Shown here in pieces: positions 38,494 through 47,414 of a stretch of 64,000 nt of DNA (within the stretch, counting starts at the first letter, position 1; each line of letters starts with the position of its first letter). The notes under the pieces are model-generated. The model was given only the letters and a program-made list of their open reading frames with translations. It was not told where the DNA came from and searched no databases. Source of the stretch: a virus; the IMG/VR virus record IMGVR_UViG_3300027752_001458, positions 45,676 to 109,675 of that record, one strand, 5' to 3'. The position numbers and the translations under genes are program-made.

Positions 38494-40551
38494 ATGAAAT
38501 GGTTACTAAGCGGCTGGACCGTAGCAATATCTATATTACTATTAACGACTTTACGAGTTGCCGACCCTACACCATTACAGAGTTTGCGTAGTCAAACATT
38601 CGATGCATTACAGCAATTAGATGTTAAAAAAGAAAGCAACGAAGTTGTTATAATTAACATTGGCGAAAAAAGTTTACAACAATGGGGGCAATGGGCATGG
38701 CCAAGACAGAACATAGCACAGTTGATATCAGATTTGCGGAGCAAGAACGCTGGAATAATTGGTTTAACGATTATGTTTCCGGAAACAGACCGATTTGGCG
38801 GGGACGCAGTTTTGTCAAGTTGGATGTCGGAGAACGGGGTAGTTTTATCCCAGACCCCATCTGGCAGAGGAATAAAGAGTACAGGTCCTCATATTGGTAC
38901 AGCAACGATAGGCCCAGTATCCGCTACGGACTACTTGCTGACATGGCCGAATCTCGTAACGAATATTGATATATTAGAGAAGTCAGCCGCAGGCATTGGC
39001 GTAGTAGCAAGCGAGCCACAAGCAGACAATCAGACGAGAACATATCCACTAGCAGTCGCTGTTGAAGGAAACATATATCCTAGTTTTGCTATTGAAATGC
39101 TTAGGGTGTATACAGGCAAACCTAGTTATATTCTAAAGACATCCGAGATCGGCATTAAAGAATTTGCAGTACCTCCGTTTGATCCTATTGTGACATCCGG
39201 AAGAGGTTCTGCATACATAAGATTTAATAACATATTTGAAGAACACGAGTATGTTCAAGCGAGTGAACTGCCTGACTTAGGCGGAAAGTTCGTAATAGTG
39301 GGAGTAAGTGCTGAGGGTGTTGCTAATCCGGTTCCCACTCCGGTAGGCAACATATATCCACAGTACATACAAGCTCATATGCTACAGAACTTTATTGATG
39401 GTAGTAACATTACCAGGAGTGAACTAAGTGCTGTGTACGAGCTTCTGTGTGCGTTGTTGAGCATGATCCTAGTGGCTCTTGCGATATATAAGTTACCCAT
39501 ATGGGCAGGACTGTTTACTACAGTAAGTATTGTAGGAGCAATTGCCTATTCTACTGTACACTTTTATACTGCAAACTTATATTTGTTCGATGCAACCTTC
39601 CCTGCAATAGCAACATTCTTAATTTTTACACAGGCAAGTTTTAATAACTTCTGGGTACAGTTTAAATTGAGACAAGAAATACAGAAACAATTTGCTGGAT
39701 ATGCCTCACCTACCGTTGTTAGAATGTTACAAGATAACCCGGACTTAATTAAACAAGGCATGAAGAAAGAAGTTAGTATATGCTTTTCAGACTTACGTGG
39801 CTTTACTCCACTAGGTGAGAGCTTTGGCGATGATGTACAGGGCTTAACAAAAATGATGAACGAGTATATGGATGCTATTACACAACCTATACTTGATGCA
39901 GACGGCATGGTGATTAAATATATCGGCGATGCAAGTATGCACATACACAATGCTCCTATGGACGACCCAGATCATCCTAAGAGTGCGGTGCAAACAGGAT
40001 TACAAATGCTTAGGGCAGTGGAGAAGTTTAATGATAAAATTGTTAAAGAGGGCAGACCACCCATTGGTATGGGTGCTGGTATTAATACTGGGCTCGGTTA
40101 TATTGGGGAAATGGGCTCCACTGCAAGACACTCATATGACATACTCGGAGACGCAGTTAGTACTGCCGCGAGAATAGAAAGCAAGTGTAAAGAGTATGGG
40201 TGCTTATTACTTGTAGGTGGAGACACATACAAGCATACTAAGAGTGATTTCTTTTATCTAAAAGTAGATGACTTGCAAGTAAAAGGTAAAAGTGTTGGAA
40301 TAGAAATATACACTGTACTGGATATTAAGCGAACTAAGTATGTTAAAGGTAAGCAACTACACGCACAGATGCATAAACATTATCGTAACCAAGACTTTAA
40401 TAAAGCAATTAAATTGTGTAATCAACTGTCTAAAACCTTTGATGGTAAGATGAAAGATTATTATGCTATGTGGATTGAACGTTGTGAATTTCAACTAACA
40501 CAAGACTTACCTAAAGATTGGAACGGGATATTTATTGCCACAGGCAAGTAG
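38494..40551 (+). CDS. CHASE2-domain class III adenylate cyclase
   Basis: GQWAWPR CHASE2 motif, three TMs, FSDLRGFT, IKYIGDA, GINTG, LGDAVSTAARIE; start MKWLL at 38494. Confidence 0.92.
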   Translation: MKWLLSGWTVAISILLLTTLRVADPTPLQSLRSQTFDALQQLDVKKESNEVVIINIGEKSLQQWGQWAWPRQNIAQLISDLRSKNAGIIGLTIMFPETDRFGGDAVLSSWMSENGVVLSQTPSGRGIKSTGPHIGTATIGPVSATDYLLTWPNLVTNIDILEKSAAGIGVVASEPQADNQTRTYPLAVAVEGNIYPSFAIEMLRVYTGKPSYILKTSEIGIKEFAVPPFDPIVTSGRGSAYIRFNNIFEEHEYVQASELPDLGGKFVIVGVSAEGVANPVPTPVGNIYPQYIQAHMLQNFIDGSNITRSELSAVYELLCALLSMILVALAIYKLPIWAGLFTTVSIVGAIAYSTVHFYTANLYLFDATFPAIATFLIFTQASFNNFWVQFKLRQEIQKQFAGYASPTVVRMLQDNPDLIKQGMKKEVSICFSDLRGFTPLGESFGDDVQGLTKMMNEYMDAITQPILDADGMVIKYIGDASMHIHNAPMDDPDHPKSAVQTGLQMLRAVEKFNDKIVKEGRPPIGMGAGINTGLGYIGEMGSTARHSYDILGDAVSTAARIESKCKEYGCLLLVGGDTYKHTKSDFFYLKVDDLQVKGKSVGIEIYTVLDIKRTKYVKGKQLHAQMHKHYRNQDFNKAIKLCNQLSKTFDGKMKDYYAMWIERCEFQLTQDLPKDWNGIFIATGK

Positions 40552-41178
40552 TTAGTCGTCCGGAGTCCATTGCCTAACAGCAGTAAATAGATTTGCATAG
40601 TCAAGCAAATCAGACCTCAATGTTTTTAAATGTGTTAACTCAATAGGAATACGTAGACCCGAAGCTTCGTATAGCGGAAGATAGAAGTTTATAATTTTAT
40701 CAACACGTTGTCGGTCAGTTAAAATTGCTTTCATTACTCGTTGATGCCATTCGTTGCTAGACACTATATCAAATAGCCACCCATGATGTGGACTATGACT
40801 GTTAAACTTCTTAACCATTTCTTTTGTTTCGTAGTACACTGCTCGCACAGGATTTATATTTACTCTGTATTTTTTCATCACGGCAGGGTATACCCACCAG
40901 TGTTCTCTACAACGTTGGTTTTTTAAGAATCCTCTATACTCGTTCTCCATGCTCTTTGCTAAACCATCTGCACTTTCCCTAATTTCCACTTCATAGACTT
41001 TTATTAACCTGTCTGCTATCCTCTTATGTTTAGCAGAAAAGTCTTCGTAGTTCTCCTTAAGGTCAAGTATAGAGAACGTACCGTCTAAAAATGTGTTGGG
41101 AATTGTTTTGTGTAGTTTGAATTTATTAAGCTCAGTAGTCAAACGTATAGAGTCAAAATTTATAATATCCTTTGACAT
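40552..41178 (-). CDS. Hypothetical protein
   Basis: Start MSKDII after GATAAGTA-N5. Confidence 0.65.
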   Translation of the reverse strand: MSKDIINFDSIRLTTELNKFKLHKTIPNTFLDGTFSILDLKENYEDFSAKHKRIADRLIKVYEVEIRESADGLAKSMENEYRGFLKNQRCREHWWVYPAVMKKYRVNINPVRAVYYETKEMVKKFNSHSPHHGWLFDIVSSNEWHQRVMKAILTDRQRVDKIINFYLPLYEASGLRIPIELTHLKTLRSDLLDYANLFTAVRQWTPDD

Positions 41179-41189
41179 GCTATTACTTA

Positions 41190-41636
41190 TCACATATTGA
41201 TCTTTAGGATAGTGCGTAGTTTATTAACGCCCTTGTTTCTTCCTAAAGTGCTCTTAGCACCAAAGTGTAGTGGCATAGGCCAATTACCTATATCGACCCA
41301 AGCATACCCGGCACTCTCTTTATTAAGATTGGGGATAAATTCATCGTCGACTAGGTATACAAAACTGTAGTACATAAAGTTTTTATCTTTACTTTGGTAT
41401 ACATCAATGGGATTTAATTTTTTTAGTTCTGGGACGAGACCTATTTCTTCCATAAGTTCACGTTGAATAGTATCGTAAGTAGTCTCACCGTCATCCATCA
41501 TACCTCCCCAAAAACCCCAGGTGTGTTTTCCTTTCTTGTCGGAGTTGCGGAGTTGGAATAAGCATCTGCCTGTAGACTTGGATAAGAACAAAACACCAGC
41601 GGCACTTATGCCGTTGTGTCTAGATAAGTTAGTCAT
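41190..41636 (-). CDS. NUDIX hydrolase
   Basis: Nudix box GMMDDGETTYDTIQRELMEEIGL; start uncertain (41636 or further upstream). Confidence 0.85.
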   Translation of the reverse strand: MTNLSRHNGISAAGVLFLSKSTGRCLFQLRNSDKKGKHTWGFWGGMMDDGETTYDTIQRELMEEIGLVPELKKLNPIDVYQSKDKNFMYYSFVYLVDDEFIPNLNKESAGYAWVDIGNWPMPLHFGAKSTLGRNKGVNKLRTILKINM

Positions 41637-41668
41637 CGGGTTAAGTGTTTGTAGAACGCTCTCTTTGA

Positions 41669-43069
41669 TTATACGTTCAGGCGCCAGAACCCTGGGTTGT
41701 ACTTCCCTTCGTATGTGCTTGTCCATTGAACGTTTTCCCATTTGTATTGTTTGTTTGTGTATAAGTTTTTAACATAATGAACACTTTCTTGGTTTGCTGA
41801 TGTAGAAGCATCAAATGATATAATCCATGCAGTGCCGTTGTATTCAATAATGTCATTAGCGTCTGCGGATATACCCCAACTAGCGCCATGTAACTCTGTA
41901 GTAAGTAAGTAACGTTGTCCTGTTGTTGCTACGGCTAAAGTGCCATCACCTGGATAGTTTGCTGTAGCATCGACTATTCTTGTTACGTTTGTTTGTGTTG
42001 TTGAAGGCAAAGTGTCAGTATCCAATGTAAATATAAGTTTAGATGCATCCGCTGGATTTCTTGCCACTAAGCCAGTTATCAATGTAGACGAGTCTACATC
42101 GTTCGATATATTAAGTTGTAATGTACTTGCTGTAGTTAACGGAATGTCTGAAATACTTATGTTAGCATTCGCTGTACCGGTTCCCTGTGGGGAGAGTACT
42201 TCTAGTAAATCATTCCAGTTAGCTTCTGTGGCACCGTTTTTATATAACTTGGCCACTGTACCAGTAAGTTCAACTTCATAATTGTTAGGTGATATTGTGT
42301 GCAACTCAAAGTCTTGATCCAAGTCTCTAAAGAAGTCGTACATATCTTCGTCATAACCTAAATCTCCGACACTGCCTGTGTCGTAAATATTTGTTATAAT
42401 AGTATTAATAATTTTTTGTCTTTTAACTTTAGCGGGAGGACTTACCCATATAGGTAACACAAATGTTAGTGTAGCAACATCAATTGTTTCATCAACTCCT
42501 GCAGGAACACTTCTGTTGCTCCATTGTATATCAGTTAATTCGACTTCGTATAAACTAGTCCAGTCTAATGGATTGTTTCCTTGCTGTAGTTGTATACTAG
42601 GATTAAATAGGATTAAAATTTGTTCTAGTAATTGTAATTTTTGATCTGTGTTCCCACTCCAAATATCAATGTTCATTGTTAAGTTGTAAGGAACAGGCAT
42701 ATATCTATCTGTTGTATATAAATTTCCAGGAAACTCTGCCGAACTGTAAGTAGCATTGCCAGAGTCATATTGTCTTTCAGCAACTTGTACTTTACTAACA
42801 AGCATTGGATCTTGTGCTCTGTCTCTAGCAATAAGCAAACTTGAAATGTTACATGATATAAACGGTGTACTATTAACCATGTTCTCCGAACCTTTGGTCA
42901 ATATATGTGCAACCATACGTTGCATGTCTGCATATCTTACTGGAACTTTTTGGTAGTTCGTAACACCATCACGTTTACCTTCTGCAACTGTAAAGCCACT
43001 GAATATTCTCATGAACTGAAGCAAGTATCTTCTTAACTGTGCGTCATAAAAGTAATCCATATTTGCCAT
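41669..43069 (-). CDS. gp15: Tail terminator/sheath stabiliser, gp15-like
   Basis: YFYDAQLRRY, KVPVRY, MPVPYNL, QLLEQILILFNP. Confidence 0.85.
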   Translation of the reverse strand: MANMDYFYDAQLRRYLLQFMRIFSGFTVAEGKRDGVTNYQKVPVRYADMQRMVAHILTKGSENMVNSTPFISCNISSLLIARDRAQDPMLVSKVQVAERQYDSGNATYSSAEFPGNLYTTDRYMPVPYNLTMNIDIWSGNTDQKLQLLEQILILFNPSIQLQQGNNPLDWTSLYEVELTDIQWSNRSVPAGVDETIDVATLTFVLPIWVSPPAKVKRQKIINTIITNIYDTGSVGDLGYDEDMYDFFRDLDQDFELHTISPNNYEVELTGTVAKLYKNGATEANWNDLLEVLSPQGTGTANANISISDIPLTTASTLQLNISNDVDSSTLITGLVARNPADASKLIFTLDTDTLPSTTQTNVTRIVDATANYPGDGTLAVATTGQRYLLTTELHGASWGISADANDIIEYNGTAWIISFDASTSANQESVHYVKNLYTNKQYKWENVQWTSTYEGKYNPGFWRLNV

Positions 43070-43070
43070 A

Positions 43071-44099
43071 TTAATCTGCCTTAGGTTTCACAGCCTTACT
43101 CATATTAGTCTTTTCTGACTGAGTAGTACCGTCTGTGTTAGTAGTTATTTTATCATTGTTAACGAATGATGTGAGTAGTTTATTGGCGGCACTCCAGACA
43201 TTCTTGTTGTCATCGCTCACCTTAATCCATCTAGTACCTTGCTTCTTAAACAGTCTGTGTGGACTGAAGTCAGTTCTCAAGTAGTACTCTCCGTCATTTG
43301 CATCTAGTGGCATTGCATCGCCACTGCCTACTATTGATATACCGTTAGGAGCTTCACCGTCACCGGGGAAGTATACACCAGGCTTGTCTTGCGAATTAGG
43401 ATCAACATATAAGTGTCCACCTTCATAATAACCAGCGTCATATTGAACTTCTGAATTTGCTAGTTCTATAACCTTATCCGATATTGCAATCTCAGTGCTG
43501 TATGTACTTAAAATATTTCTAAGGTCGTCAGCTTGTTCACCTGTACCGAGTATGTCTCTGTACTCAGGACTATCTGTAATATTTTTAAGTTTGACTTTCC
43601 ATAAGTGAGGCCACCATCTAGCATCGTAACCTTCTGCTGGTCTGCCAGCATCACTTACAACGAAGAATCTATTAACTGCGGCTCCACCGCCTAAGAGTAA
43701 ATCATCTCTTAAATGCGGAAGCTCAAGCACATCGCCTGCCATCAATCGCCTACCCAACATGTTAGCACAGGTATTCATATGGAAAGTCATAGATAACGAA
43801 TCGTTATTTACAAATAGTCCAAACTGTGTTAAATCGAAGTCGGGGTCTGCAATTTGATATGCACCACGTAGCTCGTAAATGTCAGCGTCATACTTTCTAT
43901 CCCTGTTCTCTAAAAAGACAACGTCTTGGATATACAGTTCCTCGCTTCCAATACTTGCAGATGTGTCATCTTTATAAGTGCCTACATACTTATGTACATA
44001 AACTCCTGTGCCACCTGCGTTGACAGACTCGGCTACAACTCTATCAATAAAGTCATAATCGTTTCCTTTGTTCTTGTTCCATAAACTTAATCTAGGCAT
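43071..44099 (-). CDS. gp14: Neck/head-closure protein, gp14-like
   Basis: FDLTQFGLF, GDVLELPH, WWPHLW; adjacent to gp15; start MPRLSLW. Confidence 0.75.
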   Translation of the reverse strand: MPRLSLWNKNKGNDYDFIDRVVAESVNAGGTGVYVHKYVGTYKDDTSASIGSEELYIQDVVFLENRDRKYDADIYELRGAYQIADPDFDLTQFGLFVNNDSLSMTFHMNTCANMLGRRLMAGDVLELPHLRDDLLLGGGAAVNRFFVVSDAGRPAEGYDARWWPHLWKVKLKNITDSPEYRDILGTGEQADDLRNILSTYSTEIAISDKVIELANSEVQYDAGYYEGGHLYVDPNSQDKPGVYFPGDGEAPNGISIVGSGDAMPLDANDGEYYLRTDFSPHRLFKKQGTRWIKVSDDNKNVWSAANKLLTSFVNNDKITTNTDGTTQSEKTNMSKAVKPKAD

Positions 44100-44128
44100 A
44101 ATGTAGTATTTATCACTTCCTGAAGTTC

Positions 44129-44157
44129 TTGACAAATACTTTGATAACTATTATACT
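44129..44157 (+). promoter_or_regulatory. sigma70-type promoter for the tRNA cluster
   Basis: TTGACA-N17-TATACT. Confidence 0.8.
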
Positions 44158-44171
44158 GTATAAGTAATTTC

Positions 44172-44261
44172 GGAGAGTTGGCTGAGTGGTCGAAAGTACC
44201 TCCCTGCTAAGGAGGCGTCTGGGTAACTGGACCGAGGGTTCGAATCCCTCACTCTCCGCCA
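44172..44261 (+). tRNA. tRNA-Ser(GCT)
   Basis: Cloverleaf, CCTCC-CT-GCT-AA-GGAGG, long variable arm, GTTCGAATC, encoded CCA. Confidence 0.95.
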
Positions 44262-44306
44262 CTATTTTAGAGCATTGGCAATGCTGGTGGTAAATATACG
44301 CAGTAA

Positions 44307-44381
44307 GCGAGTATAGTATAACGGTTATTACAAGACGTTGCCAACGTTTGGATATCGGTTCGATTCCGATTACCCGCTCCA
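44307..44381 (+). tRNA. tRNA-Gly(GCC)
   Basis: AGACG-TT-GCC-AA-CGTTT, GTTCGATTC, TCCA end; one A-C mismatch in the acceptor stem. Confidence 0.92.
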
Positions 44382-44431
44382 ACTACGAATAGTTCGTAGG
44401 CATTGTTACAAGTGTAACAGGAAGGTATAAC

Positions 44432-44674
44432 ATGGTTAATGCAATAACAACCAAAAAAGTAAGTAAGGCAACAACACCAGCAGTGTTAAAAAGAAAAGAA
44501 ATCGTAGATATTGATTTTGACTTTTCTAAGATTGGTGAGAATGTCCAGAAGAACGCAGAACAGATTAGCAAGAACCTTATGAGGAATGCTGAAATGATCG
44601 GTGAAAATGTTAAAAGAAACTCAGCGAGAGTTGGCGATAACATGAAGAAATACTTAAATAGAAATATTAAGTAA
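44432..44674 (+). CDS. 80-aa protein with four 11-residue Asn-rich repeats
   Basis: AGGAAGG RBS; IGENVQKNAEQ/ISKNLMRNAEM/IGENVKRNSAR/VGDNMKKYLNR. Confidence 0.75.
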   Translation: MVNAITTKKVSKATTPAVLKRKEIVDIDFDFSKIGENVQKNAEQISKNLMRNAEMIGENVKRNSARVGDNMKKYLNRNIK

Positions 44675-44688
44675 GCAAGAAAATATCT

Positions 44689-44764
44689 GGGGCTGTAGCT
44701 CAGTTGGGAGAGCGGTTCCCTTGCACGGAACAGGTCGTAGGTTCGATCCCTATCAGCTCCACCA
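44689..44764 (+). tRNA. tRNA-Ala(TGC)
   Basis: G3-U70 pair, GTTCC-CT-TGC-AC-GGAAC, GTTCGATCC, ACCA. Confidence 0.95.
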
Positions 44765-44790
44765 GGTATTTTACATCACAAGGATTAAGA

Positions 44791-45516
44791 ATGTATACAG
44801 AAAAAGTTACATGGGTACATCATTGGACAGACAAGACCTTCAGCTTTAAAACAACACGCAACCAGAGTTTTCGATTCATAAACGGCGAGTTTGCTATGAT
44901 TGGATTAAAAGGCGAAGAGGAAGGATCTCGACCATTGCTTAGAGCATATAGCATTGCTAGTGCTAACTATGAAGACGAAATCGAGTTCCTAAGTATTAAG
45001 GTACCGGATGGACCTCTAACAAGCCGTCTACAGCATTTAAAAGTCGGAGACGAAATAGTAGTAATGCCTAAGACAACGGGCACTCTAACGATTGATAACG
45101 TAACCTCAGCGAAGAATCTGTATTTGCTTTCAACAGGAACAGGTCTTGCTCCGTTTTTAAGTATTATTAGAGATCCCGGCACTTACGAAAAGTTTGAAAA
45201 CGTTATTGTAGTACACACCACTCGAACACATGCTGAACATACATACACTGACTTGATGGTAGAGTTAGCAGAAACATTTTCATTTACATATTACGATACT
45301 TGCACCCAAGAAGATTATGTGCGTAAAGGACGTTTTTGGGAACATGTAGAACACTTTACTGACAACGGATTCAATAAAGACACTGACAGGGTTATGGTTT
45401 GTGGCGGCCCAGAGATGAATTATCAATGTAGAGACTACTTTGAAGGTAACGGATTTATAGAAGGAAACTTGGGCGAACCAAATGACTTTGTATTAGAACG
45501 TGCATTCGTAGACTAG
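44791..45516 (+). CDS. fpr: Ferredoxin/flavodoxin-NADP+ reductase
   Basis: RAYSIAS, GPLTSRL, STGTGLAPF, VMVCG, ERAFVD; start MYTEKV after tRNA-Ala. Confidence 0.93.
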   Translation: MYTEKVTWVHHWTDKTFSFKTTRNQSFRFINGEFAMIGLKGEEEGSRPLLRAYSIASANYEDEIEFLSIKVPDGPLTSRLQHLKVGDEIVVMPKTTGTLTIDNVTSAKNLYLLSTGTGLAPFLSIIRDPGTYEKFENVIVVHTTRTHAEHTYTDLMVELAETFSFTYYDTCTQEDYVRKGRFWEHVEHFTDNGFNKDTDRVMVCGGPEMNYQCRDYFEGNGFIEGNLGEPNDFVLERAFVD

Positions 45517-45563
45517 CCGCCGTAACAACATTCAAGCCTTTGTAAAAAACAATAAATACATGT

Positions 45564-47414
45564 ATGTCAAAAATAAATCCGTTTAAAGACTTTGAAGTCA
45601 CTAACCACACACCAGTAGATTTTATTATACTTACAGACCCATACGGACTGTATAATGCACAGAACTGGGGCACACACATGCAGGCAGTGTTCAAGATGAC
45701 TGGGCAGGAGCTTGATCCTGATGTTGCTAGAGCACTACAGACTCGCAAAACAGACGACTCGTATAGTCCTAATGCTATATCTCATTCCCGTGGCCCGTCA
45801 AATTCTTACCATTTACGAACATTGGGTGCATATAAAGTTGCACATGAATGTAGGTTACGTGGATACACTGTACAAGTTGTAGATTACCAAAGTTTTTATG
45901 ATTTAGAAACGTTAAAACGAATTATGGACAAGTATGTAGGCAAAAACACATTGGCAATCGGCATATCGGTATCATTCTACATGCGATATCCTTGGATGTT
46001 GAATATGGTGACAAAAGAAATGCCTGTATTGCCACTTGAAGGCGTAAAAGATGAAGGCAAAATATTTGACGACTGGACTCTTAACTATTCCGGCTTCTTA
46101 ACACACGGTGAAGAGATTGATGATGCCTTTGTTAACTATGTAAAAGACATTAACCCTAATGTAAAGTTTATTAAAGGCGGAACTAGAGCAAGAGAAGATA
46201 TAGTTCACCGGAATGTCGACTACATAAATGTGGGCTGGGGCGATGTGACTATGCCGGAGATGCTTGATGAAATAAAAGCAGGCACGTCTGACGATATGCC
46301 AGTTCACACTAAGCACCCTTACAAGTTAGACCTGCTCAGTAAGTTAGCAATGGAGCACAGTACCATGAAATTTACAAAGTCAGATTTGTTATTCCCTGGC
46401 GAACTGATGCCACTTGAGTCCGGACGAGGTTGTATTTTTAAATGTACATTTTGTAGTCTTGAATTAGTTGGTAAAGAGAAAGGCACATACATTAAGTCAG
46501 AAGAAAGCATCAGACAAGAATTTATACACAATTACGAAGAACATGGCATAAAAGATTACTGGTTTGTCGAAGATACTTTCAACGATGACCATGACAAAAT
46601 GATACACTTGCATGAGATTATTACTAGTTTACCATTTAAAATTACGTTCTCATGTTATTTAAGATTAGATTTACTTTTCATTGGCAACAAACATAACCCT
46701 CCACAGCATCAGCTACTACTAGAGATGGGATTGAAGCGAGTGGAGTTCGGTATTGAGACGACTAACCATGACAGTGGAAAGGATATCGGCAAAGGATTGA
46801 ATCCACAAATACAATTACAATTTTTAAGAGACTTAAAAGCGGATCACGGTTGGAAAGATATTTTAATCGGGTCAGGTTTTATTATGGGTCTACCTAGCGA
46901 CACAAAGGAAAGTATCCAAGAAATGTTTAAGATAATGAGTCGAGATGATTTCCCAGTAGACAGACCTACAATTAGGTCATTGCACATTAGACCTGAAGAA
47001 ACAGGTAACAATGCTATTGAGGAACGTGGGCTTAGTGAATTTTCCAAGAATTGGGAAGAGCATGGGTACACTATGTCGTACGACAACCAGCATGGCATAT
47101 TTAAAACTTGGACAAATAGAAATGGTGTGTCTTTAGAGATGTGTGAAAAAATGCTATTGAATTATTTTAGACGCCACGACTTCAAACCGTTTAAGTCCGC
47201 CAAAGCTCAACAAATGAACATGGCAATATTAGCCACAATAGGCGTTGCAGAATTAGTGGCCCAAGGATTGCATTGGCCCACAGTTAGTGAAGACATCAAA
47301 TTCGATCTATTAGAATTCGAGCAAACAAATCCTAAACACACAAAACAGTTATCAGAAATACAAGCACTGAAGTTCTTAAAGTATACTGAATTACTACTGA
47401 CACAGGATCTATAG
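45564..47414 (+). CDS. B12-binding radical SAM protein 1
   Basis: LGAYKVAHECRLRGYTVQVVD; RGCIFKCTFC; EDTFND; FGIET; GFIMGLP. Confidence 0.88.
   Translation: MSKINPFKDFEVTNHTPVDFIILTDPYGLYNAQNWGTHMQAVFKMTGQELDPDVARALQTRKTDDSYSPNAISHSRGPSNSYHLRTLGAYKVAHECRLRGYTVQVVDYQSFYDLETLKRIMDKYVGKNTLAIGISVSFYMRYPWMLNMVTKEMPVLPLEGVKDEGKIFDDWTLNYSGFLTHGEEIDDAFVNYVKDINPNVKFIKGGTRAREDIVHRNVDYINVGWGDVTMPEMLDEIKAGTSDDMPVHTKHPYKLDLLSKLAMEHSTMKFTKSDLLFPGELMPLESGRGCIFKCTFCSLELVGKEKGTYIKSEESIRQEFIHNYEEHGIKDYWFVEDTFNDDHDKMIHLHEIITSLPFKITFSCYLRLDLLFIGNKHNPPQHQLLLEMGLKRVEFGIETTNHDSGKDIGKGLNPQIQLQFLRDLKADHGWKDILIGSGFIMGLPSDTKESIQEMFKIMSRDDFPVDRPTIRSLHIRPEETGNNAIEERGLSEFSKNWEEHGYTMSYDNQHGIFKTWTNRNGVSLEMCEKMLLNYFRRHDFKPFKSAKAQQMNMAILATIGVAELVAQGLHWPTVSEDIKFDLLEFEQTNPKHTKQLSEIQALKFLKYTELLLTQDL

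Noticed and set aside
44113-44382. 89-aa minus-strand ORF
   Set aside because: Antisense to tRNA-Ser and tRNA-Gly
44704-44790. N-terminal extension of fpr in the ORF track
   Set aside because: Overlaps tRNA-Ala; ATG 44791 has an AAGGA RBS and matches the Fpr N-terminus
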